Source: Gemmatimonadota bacterium
GTDB taxonomy: Bacteria > Gemmatimonadota > Gemmatimonadetes > Gemmatimonadales > GWC2-71-9
Assembly (NCBI GenBank): GCA_036679605.1
Contig: JAZDCZ010000245.1
Location: 1 to 12,289, forward strand
Direction of reading: 5' to 3'
DNA: 12,289 nucleotides
This document shows positions 1 to 7,635 of this stretch, in pieces (the stretch's first letter is position 1; each line of letters opens with the position of its first letter). The notes under the pieces were generated by a model. That model saw only the letters and a program-made list of their open reading frames with translations. It made no database searches and had not been told where the DNA came from. The translations under genes were made by a program, and so were the position numbers.

Positions 1-117
1 TCCTGCCCTCGTGTCTGCCGCCCCATCATCGAACCGTCTCCGCCGCTGTTGCGTCAAGGAAACGGAATCACTGTTCGTAAAAAATCTCAACCGACTTTTG
101 CAACACAATCAGCGCAT

Positions 118-171
118 AGCGGAAGTGCCGCCGGCGTATCGCGACTTCCGCTTTCGGGGGCATAACGGACA
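118..171. repeat. REP/RIME-like palindromic element
   Basis: Perfect 9-bp inverted repeat AGCGGAAGT (118-126) / ACTTCCGCT (144-152), followed by TTCGGGGGCATAACGGACA. From recall, this resembles the interspersed palindromic repeats common in Rhizobiales intergenic DNA. Confidence 0.45.
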
Positions 172-292
172 TTCATATGGCGATGAGGCGGTGGTGGCGA
201 GTATCAGCCTCGAAATCGACCCAGCGCGCTTACTATGTGCTTACTGGTAGAGATGTCGTCCCAAGGTAGGCCAGCTAACTATCTGAAAAAAC

Positions 293-346
293 TGGCGTCC
301 CCGGCAGGATTCGAACCTGCGACCCCCAGATTAGAAATCTGGTGCT
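293..346 (-). tRNA. 3' fragment of tRNA-Arg(UCU); probable att-site duplication at the island end, not a full tRNA
   Basis: The minus strand reads AGCACCAGATTTCTAATCTGGGGGTCGCAGGTTCGAATCCTGCCGGGGACGCCA. This gives the anticodon stem CCAGA/TCTGG, loop TTTCTAA (anticodon TCT), T-arm GCAGG-TTCGAAT-CCTGC and a CCA end. The 5' acceptor strand and D-loop are missing and are replaced by unrelated sequence beyond 346. Confidence 0.9.
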
Positions 347-371
347 TTTTGGTATTTTGCTGACACGGAAA

Positions 372-1966
372 TCACAGTCTAAGGCCAGTTCGGTAAAGGT
401 GGCATCGGGCCCCCGCAACCAGCGTTACTTGCACCCCCGATCCCTTGGATTGGGGGTGTTTGTTTGCGAGGCTGATGAGGGCCGCAAGCTCTCCAAACAG
501 CTCGGTGCGCAGCTTGCCATTCTCGGGCACCAGACGGACCTCTTCAATGAGTGCGCGAATGGCTTCTGCCGCTTCGGCACGGGTGCTTTCCTCGTTGAGG
601 GCTTCGCCCAGATTGACGACTTTCCTGCGATACAGCTCGGCAAGGTTCGGGTGCAGGCGAGGTATCGGAGCCGGCGTGCGTTCGAGTCTACCGATTAGGT
701 CCGTCCGCCGGTTTTCCAGCGTCGCCATCTCATCCTTCACGGCGCTGCCGGGAACACCTGCCTTGATGGCTTCGATCACTCTTTGGATGTCGCGTTCGGT
801 CTTCTCCAACTCGCGCCTGATTTGATCGCGGCCTGCGTCTTGTTCAGCCGCTTGCCGGTTCACTTCTCTGTGGAACTCGTCGACGAACGTCTTGACGAGA
901 TCCGGGTGCATCAGGTGATGCCTGAGGCCATCCAACACCTTGGCCTCCAGGTCGTCCTGTCTCACTGTCAGAAGATTGTCGCAGGTTCCCTTGTTGCGGG
1001 CGGTTGAGCAACCGTAGTGGGCCTGGCTGATCTTGGAGAAACCGCCGCCGCAGGCTCCGCACCTGAGAAGGCCAGAGAGAAGATAGCGCGGACGGCGCGC
1101 GCGCTCGGGGCGGATGTCTTTGTCCACGACTAAGATACGGGAGCGGGAGTCCTGCTGGCGTTCCTTGATCAGGTTCCAGAGATGGTCGTCGATGATGCGA
1201 AGATGAGGCACCTCCTCGACGACCCATTTGGGCTCGGGGTTGCGCCGTGCCTGGCGTTTTCCGGTGTCAGGGTCTTTGACGAAGTGCTGCCGGTTCCAAA
1301 CCAGTCGACCGATATAGAGCTCGTTGTTGAGGATCCCCGTGCCGCGCCGCCAATTGCCGTAAATGGTGGAAGGTCCCCAGGTCTTGCCGGCGGGACCGGG
1401 GATGCCCTCCCTATTCAGGGCATGGGCGATCGCTCTTGGGGATCGGCCATGCGCGAACTCCTGGAAAATGCGGCAGACGATTGCAGCTTCGACCTTGTTG
1501 ATGCGGCGTTCGCCACGGACACGTTCACCGGCGGCATCGAGTTTGTGGACAACCTCGTAGCCGAAGCAAAGACCCCCTCCCGACTTGCCCTGACGGATCC
1601 GACCTTCAAGACCTCGCCGCGTTTTCTGGGCGAGGTCCTTGAGAAACAGGGCGTTCATGGTGCCCTTGAGGCCAACATGCAATTCACTGATCTCGCCCTC
1701 GGACAGAGTAACCAATCTTACGCCGGCGAAAGAGAGCCAAGGGCTTCGGAGACCAGGACATCGAAACAGCCCGCGCGAGCGTCCTCGAGCATTTTCTGGT
1801 AACCGGGCCGCAACGTGCTGGCGCCGCTGATGGCGTGATCCGAATAAACCTCGCCCAGTTGCCATTCCTCCTGCTCGATCCTTCGCCGGCACAGTCGGAC
1901 CTGATCCTCGATCGAGGCATCGCGCTGGTTGTCGGAGGAATAGCGGGCGTAGATGACAGCACGCAT
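372..1966 (-). pseudogene. Large serine recombinase (resolvase + recombinase + Zn-ribbon domains), frameshifted by an internal deletion
   Basis: ATG at 1966 with a GGAG RBS starts MRAVIYARYSSDNQRDASIEDQ (catalytic Ser) and runs to DVLVSEAL. The frame switches at about 1737/1738 to LSFAGVRLVTLSEGE. The expected DRLSR segment is absent. The downstream frame has the recombinase domain (GILNNELYIGRLVWN), a Zn ribbon (CGACG..YGC..C) and a coiled coil; the stop is at 372. Confidence 0.9.
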
Positions 1967-1970
1967 CGTG

Positions 1971-3065
1971 TTAGCTCCCTGGTCGCGTTGCAGGTGGCCG
2001 CAGCCTGCTCTTGGTCTTGGACAGGTGTGCCGCATACCGCTGACTTGCCCTGACCGACCGCGCCAGATTGTAGTGCCGATCACTGACGTCCGGCGAAGCA
2101 TGCTGCAGCACACCCGGTATCAACCCGATCTTGTCGGGCGCATCCATGGCCAGGAAGGTAGCGGCGGCGCGGCGAAAGTCATGCAGACCCATGGCCTTGC
2201 CGAACCGGCCCATGACGCGCGTGCGGACGATATTGTAGATGCGACCGGCGCACAAAGGCCGATGTCTGCACGAAGCCCAGAAGCCATCGTGCTCGCGTGG
2301 ACCCAGGAGATGCGGTCGGATTTCGTTGAGGTAGCGCTTCATATAAGGGACCAGCGGTTCCGGGACCCGGAAGCTTTCTGGGCGCCCGGACTTTGTATCG
2401 GCCGCATGCAGAAGAATGTTCACCCCGGCATCGTCCATCTCGAAGTGGCGGCTGACTGTGAGCGCCGCGAGGCTGCGGCGGCGGATTGGCCACAAGCTGA
2501 GCAGGGCAAGTAGCAGACCATCACGGTACTGGATCTCGCGCTCCTTGCAACTGGTGATCGGCAAGGTGAGCGCTCCATCCATGAGTTCGACGCCAAAGTC
2601 GAGGGTATCACGGGGAGGCACAAGCCGTTCAAAGCGGTCTTGAGGCCGTGCGCGTGCCAGGAGCCGGGCCTTGATCGCCACCAGCCATTGCCAATCACGC
2701 TCGGGAGCGATCAGGCGGGCCGCATAGCAGAGATTGGCCACGCTCAATGCCACCGTGCTCGAACGGACCCCGAGGCTCAATTGTCCGATAAAATGGCGGA
2801 CCCGTTCGAGCGTGATGCGGTCGGCCGGCGGCATAAAAAGGTCGTCCGGATGCATCTCGTGCAAAAAGCCAAGCCAGCGGCGGTAGGACATCTCGATGAA
2901 CCGGTGCGTGCCTTCGGCGTGTTGAGCGCCGGGTCCGCCGGTCTCGTCGAACAGGTCGCCTGGTGCGCAGGCTATCCGGAAGGCCTGATGATCGGCCTCA
3001 GGCCAGCGGTGGAATGGAAGATGCTTCAGAGTTGGCATGGGCAGCGCACTTCGTTCCTCATCCAT
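1971..3065 (-). CDS. Tyrosine recombinase / site-specific integrase (about 364 aa)
   Basis: Catalytic set present: R (PIRRRSL), K (TKSG), HxxR (HDFRR), H (LQH), Y (RHY). The likely start ATG at 3065 overlaps the upstream stop (ATGGATGA). The extra N-terminal 69 aa in the ORF track lie inside the upstream gene. Confidence 0.88.
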   Translation of the reverse strand: MDEERSALPMPTLKHLPFHRWPEADHQAFRIACAPGDLFDETGGPGAQHAEGTHRFIEMSYRRWLGFLHEMHPDDLFMPPADRITLERVRHFIGQLSLGVRSSTVALSVANLCYAARLIAPERDWQWLVAIKARLLARARPQDRFERLVPPRDTLDFGVELMDGALTLPITSCKEREIQYRDGLLLALLSLWPIRRRSLAALTVSRHFEMDDAGVNILLHAADTKSGRPESFRVPEPLVPYMKRYLNEIRPHLLGPREHDGFWASCRHRPLCAGRIYNIVRTRVMGRFGKAMGLHDFRRAAATFLAMDAPDKIGLIPGVLQHASPDVSDRHYNLARSVRASQRYAAHLSKTKSRLRPPATRPGS

Positions 3066-4779
3066 GTTGGGCCGCCTTCTTCCGTTTCCGATTGGCGCGG
3101 CTGAGTTTGAGTTTGTCCCGCTGCTCGAAGAGGAATTTGCCATAGGCTCGGCTGGCGCGCCGGCTGGACGACCCGGCGTAGATGAGCGTGGTCTTGCTCC
3201 AGGCGTGGCCGAGCATGGCCCGTGCCGTCTCGAAATCCTCGGGGTTCTCCTCCAGGTAGGCGGCCGCGCCAAAATGACGGAACTGGTGCGGAGTCATATG
3301 GATGCCGACGCGCTCGGCAATCGTCTCGGTGATCTGTTGTGATATGGTCTTCTGGCTCTTTAGCCGACCTTTCTTGGAAACGAACAGGAAGCCATTGGGA
3401 TCGGCATTGAGGCGCGGCAGGATGTGGCGTCGATACCAGCGCAGCCGCAGTGCGACCTCGTCCGGTATCTCAACCGTGAGGTCCTGTCGCCCGGCTTTGG
3501 TCTCCTCAGCAGGAATATGCAGCAACAAACGTCCCTTCGGCCCGTTGGGCTCCTTGAAGTGCTGCTTCCAGCTCAGGCTGCAAAGGTTCTGTGGCCGCAG
3601 GGGGACCGCCAGCTGAATATCAAGGGCTATCGCGACCTGCGCCTCGACAAAGGGAAGGGCGCCAGCCTCGACAGCCTTGGCGACCTCGGCCAGCAGCTCG
3701 TCGCCGAGGAAGAGCAGCCTGGCGCGCAGGTGTTCCGATTCCAGCTGCCGCAAGAGGCGCTTGTTCTTCGGAGTGAGGTCGAAGGGGACAGGCGGTAACT
3801 TCGAGGCCAGCCGCTTGAGTTCACCAACCTGATCCGCCGTGCTTCCCACGTGGTATTGGGCCGCTTGGATCAGCGTCTTGGCGAGACAGACGGCGAACGC
3901 ATTCGGTTTGTCGTTTGCCCGTTTGTGATAGTGCCGGAGAACCGTCTTGAACCGCTCGGGCTGGATTAGGTCGGCCAGCGACGCAATCTCCGCCGCATCG
4001 AACCCGCTCTCCACAAGCACCGATGCAGCCAAGCGCAGGTGCTCCCTCTGCTGATCAAGCGTCTTGTCTGCCAGGGGGCGCCGAGGTCCATTTGGAACCT
4101 CGTCGAACAAATCCGAGTTGGCTCGCATGGAGAGATAGGCCTCGGCATCACGCCTGAAGCTCTGGCTGAGATCGTCCCATGCCAGCCGCTTGCGGGATGG
4201 CCGAAAGGAGAGCCGAGTCAGCGCCGGCTTGGGCCAGAGGGGAACCTTGTCCCTGGCCTCGTTCCAGAGCCTGGGTACGCGGCAAACGATGTCTCGTGGC
4301 TTCAAATGCAAGGTCCGCGTTTCGAGCCAGACCAAAAACTTCTGCACGGACTCGTCGGTCACGTTCTCGGGGTCGATTTCGCTCATCGCGCACCAGTTGG
4401 CGAATGCGGCAAGCCCATTGGACAACCTCTTGTCCTTCGCCACGGACTGCATCAGCGGCGCCCACAAGGGGTGGCGCAGGGCACCGCCGCGGACCGTGTT
4501 GTCGATGACCCCCGCGAGCTGGAGGGCGGCGCTAAATGCGCTGCGCAACGTGCTCCAGGTCTTCGCGCTGACGCCGAACGCGGCCGGGCGGATCATGCGC
4601 AGCTTCTCCCGCAGGGCAAGTGGGTCCGCCTCGAGGCTGACCGGTGCGTTTCCGAGCATTTCGCTGATACGCTTGACGGCCGAGAACAGGTCGCGGCGCC
4701 GCGTTACGCCGAGCTCGGTTCTGTCAAGGATCGCCAGAACCCCCGCCAGGTCCTTCGGTGCCACGTTGTTCACGATCAT
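3058..4779 (-). CDS. Tyrosine recombinase / site-specific integrase with long N-terminal region (about 573 aa)
   Basis: Catalytic set present: R (PLRPQNL), K (TKAG), HQFRH, LGH, Y (TLIY). ATG 4779 is preceded by GGAGGG; alternative starts are 4791 and 4800. Confidence 0.9.
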   Translation of the reverse strand: MIVNNVAPKDLAGVLAILDRTELGVTRRRDLFSAVKRISEMLGNAPVSLEADPLALREKLRMIRPAAFGVSAKTWSTLRSAFSAALQLAGVIDNTVRGGALRHPLWAPLMQSVAKDKRLSNGLAAFANWCAMSEIDPENVTDESVQKFLVWLETRTLHLKPRDIVCRVPRLWNEARDKVPLWPKPALTRLSFRPSRKRLAWDDLSQSFRRDAEAYLSMRANSDLFDEVPNGPRRPLADKTLDQQREHLRLAASVLVESGFDAAEIASLADLIQPERFKTVLRHYHKRANDKPNAFAVCLAKTLIQAAQYHVGSTADQVGELKRLASKLPPVPFDLTPKNKRLLRQLESEHLRARLLFLGDELLAEVAKAVEAGALPFVEAQVAIALDIQLAVPLRPQNLCSLSWKQHFKEPNGPKGRLLLHIPAEETKAGRQDLTVEIPDEVALRLRWYRRHILPRLNADPNGFLFVSKKGRLKSQKTISQQITETIAERVGIHMTPHQFRHFGAAAYLEENPEDFETARAMLGHAWSKTTLIYAGSSSRRASRAYGKFLFEQRDKLKLSRANRKRKKAAQHG

Positions 4780-4924
4780 AAGTCCCTCCATGCGGCCCAT
4801 CGCCGCTCACTGTGAAAAACGATGATAAACGGTGACATTCGGGAATGCTATCACAAAGTAGATGGAACATCTGTTTGCATTAAGCTTTCCCGATACATCA
4901 ATAAATGCTTGATTTTGCTTGGAT

Positions 4925-5131
4925 TCATCCTTTCTCATTTGCATCATCCTCTGTGAGCTGACTTTGCGGGGTGAGAAGGTGCTCGAGGTCCTCCCTGGCG
5001 ACCAATCTCGCGCCGCCAATCTTCACCGATGGAAGCTCTTTCGCCGTGATCCAGCGCCGGATGGTCCGTTCGGAGACACCGAGAAAGCGCGCGATCTCCC
5101 TGGCGCGCAAATAGTGCGTGCCCGTGATCAT
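4925..5131 (-). CDS. Excisionase-family helix-turn-helix DNA-binding protein (HTH_17-like)
   Basis: MITGTHYLRAREIARFLGVSERTIRRWITAKELPSVKIGGARLV matches the excisionase winged-HTH pattern. The start overlaps the upstream stop (ATGA, 5131-5128). Confidence 0.88.
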   Translation of the reverse strand: MITGTHYLRAREIARFLGVSERTIRRWITAKELPSVKIGGARLVAREDLEHLLTPQSQLTEDDANEKG

Positions 5132-5316
5132 GATTGCTTCTCGCGATGGGGTGTGGACGCCTTCCCGAGATTTGTCTCGCACCGCCCGTCAACCAGCTCA
5201 CGCGCCGACTGGCGCGCGAGCAGGCGCACGAGGTCTCCAAATGCAGACGCAACAATCCGCGACTTTGGGACTGTTCGCTCGGACAGGAGCAGACTTTTAG
5301 GGGAGTCAGTGGCCAT
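5128..5316 (-). CDS. Small hypothetical protein coupled to the excisionase
   Basis: ATGA overlap with the excisionase gene. It contains LVRLLARQSARE, a helix I recall from small ORFs of alphaproteobacterial integrative elements. The start position is uncertain. Confidence 0.5.
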   Translation of the reverse strand: MATDSPKSLLLSERTVPKSRIVASAFGDLVRLLARQSARELVDGRCETNLGKASTPHREKQS

Positions 5317-5411
5317 GGACGCTCTCAAAGCGCCGCATCATGCGGCGTCAGAGAAAGCTTTACCCGTGAGCGGTGGCCATTCGCTACGTCACCACTTCGT
5401 GGAAGTCACGA

Positions 5412-5999
5412 TCATTTTGGATGCGGCCGTTCAAGCCGGGCAAAGCGTCGCCAAGCCCGTCTTATCGTGACGTCGCTCTTATTAAACTTCTCTGCAGCGT
5501 CTTGCACGGCGTCTTCAATGCGAATTTTTTTGCCCGCCGCTCGGGCATCCTGTACCTGGGACCCTATCCAGCGAGCGATCGCGAGCTCATCAAGCGTCTG
5601 CGCCAGCTTATCAATGATTGGCGACTTGCCCTGCCCCCCTTCAAGACCGAACGCATGGCCCAGCGGTCCGCCGGCGTGCTTGTACCGTGACCAGGCTTCA
5701 GCCAGCGCTCTAATCCACAGCCATTGCACGGGGAGATTGGTCGTCGGTGCAATGGTCCATTTTGGGTCCAACTGATCTGGATCGAGCTTCTCTGTTGCGG
5801 CGCGAACCTCCCCGTCATGCGCAATCCCCCACAAGACTTCCAACGCGAAATACACCGCGGCACCGTAGCTCGGAGCTGTCTGATAGCCAGCAAGGCAGCC
5901 CTTCAAGTGCTTATCCAGATCCCAGGGTGTCTGTTCTTCCCCGAGCTCGTCCATCACAATTTCGGATGGACGCGGCGTGTGCGATGGATTTCGTGACAT
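5412..5999 (-). CDS. Hypothetical protein with probable C-terminal helix-turn-helix
   Basis: 195-aa ORF in the same orientation as the module, with normal composition. The C-terminus IEDAVQDAAEKFNKSDVTIRRAWRRF looks like an HTH. The start could be the internal M of MDELG. Confidence 0.65.
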   Translation of the reverse strand: MSRNPSHTPRPSEIVMDELGEEQTPWDLDKHLKGCLAGYQTAPSYGAAVYFALEVLWGIAHDGEVRAATEKLDPDQLDPKWTIAPTTNLPVQWLWIRALAEAWSRYKHAGGPLGHAFGLEGGQGKSPIIDKLAQTLDELAIARWIGSQVQDARAAGKKIRIEDAVQDAAEKFNKSDVTIRRAWRRFARLERPHPK

Positions 6000-6158
6000 G
6001 GGTGACCGGCCCCTTTGATGTTGGTTCGGAGTGCATCTTCGGCGGCCTTGCTTTTGTCAAAGCAAATAACCTCCTCCCCTGATTGGCCTCATTCATAAGA
6101 GGAGCTGTTCCGGTTGTGGTCCATCTTGGGCCGTGTTGCAAACTCGATTGGGATGAGC

Positions 6159-6350
6159 TGTCCGGCGTCAGCGCCCTTGGGACAGATTGGGTGATTGAAT
6201 AAGAGAGTGTTTCTGGCTCATCGTAACCCGAGAGGGGATTGAAGATGAGACGGAACACGAACCGCCAGAAAGCACCGGCCGAGAAGGTCATGAAGGACAT
6301 CCGCCGGGCGACGCGTCGGCAGTACGGCGCCGAAGAGAAGATCCGGATCG
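6159..6350 (+). mobile_element. Truncated IS3-family element (left end plus first ~35 codons of orfA)
   Basis: Begins TGTCCGGCGTCAGCGCCC and shares GATTGAATAAG and TTTCTGGCTCATCGTAACC with the next copy. ATG 6245 gives MRRNTNRQKAPAEKVMKDIRRATRRQYGAEEKIRI, after which similarity ends. Confidence 0.8.
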
Positions 6351-6457
6351 GGCCGAGGTGGTACTTGCGTCGTGTCCGACGTCAGCGCCTATGAGACAGA
6401 TGGAGGGGATTGAATAAGGGAGGATTTCTGGCTCATCGTAACCGCCAAGGAGTGAAG

Positions 6458-6832
6458 ATGAGACAGAGATCGGGAACACCGCGCGCAACGTCTGAGAGAG
6501 TTATCAAAGACATCCGGCGCGCGACGCGCAAACAGTATTCAGCGGAGGAGAAGATCCGCATCGTTCTTGACGGCCTTCGTGGTGAGGACAGCATCGCGGA
6601 ACTGTGCCGGCGCGAGGGAATTGCGCAGAGCCTCTACTACAGCTGGTCCAAGGAGTTCCTTGAAGCTGGGAAGAAGCGGCTGGCGGGCGATACGGCGCGG
6701 GAGGCTTCCACCGGCGAGGTCAAGGATTTGCGTCGTGAAGCGCGCGATCTTAAAGAGGTCGTAGCCGAACAGGCTCTGGAACTGCGTCTTCTCAAAAAAA
6801 GCATGATTGCGGATGGGGGAGGGCTCGAATGA
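6458..6832 (+). CDS. IS3-family transposase OrfA (HTH + leucine zipper)
   Basis: Contains RKQYSAEEKIRIVLDGLRGEDSIAELCRREGIAQSLYYSW and ends ELRLLKKS. AAGGAG RBS before ATG 6458. Confidence 0.9.
   Translation: MRQRSGTPRATSERVIKDIRRATRKQYSAEEKIRIVLDGLRGEDSIAELCRREGIAQSLYYSWSKEFLEAGKKRLAGDTAREASTGEVKDLRREARDLKEVVAEQALELRLLKKSMIADGGGLE
6794..6801 (+). other. Programmed -1 ribosomal frameshift site (A AAA AAA G)
   Basis: AAAAAAAG at the end of orfA, with orfB in the -1 frame. A possible stimulatory hairpin GATGGGG...CCCCGCATC lies at 6812-6845. Confidence 0.75.
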
Positions 6833-7496
6833 GATACCCCGCATCGGAGAAGCTGGAGATCATCCGGCTGGTCGAGCAATCGCATCTGCCGGTGCGCCGG
6901 ACGTTGGAGAGACTCGGCGTGTCGCGCGCCACGTTCTACCGTTGGTATGATTTGTATCAGTCTGGCGGGCCGGATGCGCTGGAAGACCGGTCCCCTCGGC
7001 CCGCCCGCGTCTGGAACTGCATTCCCGACGATGTGCGAGACCAGATCGTTCAACTGGCCCTGCAGGAACCCGAGTTGTCACCGCGGGAGCTCGCGGTGCG
7101 GTTCACGGACACGGAAAGCTACTTTGTGTCAGAGGCTTCCGTTTATCGCCTGCTCAAGGCTCACGATCTGATCACGAGCCCAGCCTTTGTTGTGATCAAG
7201 GCGGCAGACGAGTTCAAGGACAAGACGACAGCGCCGAACCAGCTCTGGCAGACGGACTTCACCTACTTGAAGGTGATCGGCTGGGGCTGGTTCTATCTGA
7301 GCACGATCCTCGACGACTTCTCCCGATACATCATCGCATGGAGGCTTTGCACGACGATGAAGGCCGAGGATGTTCGCCCTGCAGGCGTCAGGGTGCGATC
7401 AGGCGAACGTGCGTCACAGACCTCGCCTACTATCGGATAACGGCTCCAGCTACATCTCCGCAGACCTGGCCGACTGGCTGGATGATCGGAGCATGG
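6829..7496 (+). pseudogene. IS3-family transposase OrfB (rve/DDE core), frameshifted and truncated
   Basis: Contains PNQLWQTDFTY..LDDFSRYII. A frameshift at about 7375 continues in another frame as ALQASGCDQANVRHRPRLLSDNGSSYIS. The sequence is cut at 7496, before the catalytic Glu region. Confidence 0.88.
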
Positions 7497-7514
7497 TGTC
7501 CGGCGTCAGCGCCC
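7497..7514 (+). repeat. Isolated third copy of the IS left terminal repeat
   Basis: TGTCCGGCGTCAGCGCCC is identical to 6159-6176 and sits exactly where orfB similarity stops. Confidence 0.8.
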
Positions 7515-7635
7515 CGTCTCTCCGCTGATAGCCTCAGGAAGACGGAACCACGGTTCGCAGCCGCTCACAACAGCTACCTTATCAACAGTATCGACCCATA
7601 TCGGAAATTGAAATGTTCGTGCGTGAACCGCTTTT

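Larger units (their letters stand above)
6373..7496 (+). mobile_element. IS3-family insertion sequence, 3'-truncated
   Basis: Left end TGTCCGACGTCAGCGCC, orfA and orfB in 0/-1 frames, and an A7G slippery site. No right inverted repeat was found. Confidence 0.85.

Noticed and set aside
11..250. 79-aa ORF at the window start
   Set aside because: It has no motif and runs through a REP-like palindrome, so it is probably non-coding.
293..370. Full-length functional tRNA-Arg
   Set aside because: There is no D-loop or 5' acceptor strand; similarity ends at 346.
372..1892. Intact 506-aa recombinase as given in the ORF track
   Set aside because: The first ~52 aa are out-of-frame sequence. The true N-terminal catalytic domain is in another frame starting at 1966.
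3066..3272. N-terminal extension of the second tyrosine recombinase
   Set aside because: It is a low-complexity translation lying within the upstream integrase gene; the overlapping ATG at 3065 is more plausible.
342..5775. Many plus-strand ORFs opposite the recombinase module
   Set aside because: They are antisense shadows of GC-rich genes with no recognisable motifs.
6159..7514. CRISPR array from the three 17-18 bp repeats
   Set aside because: Spacing is irregular (about 200 and 1100 bp), the intervening DNA is transposase sequence, and no cas genes are present.
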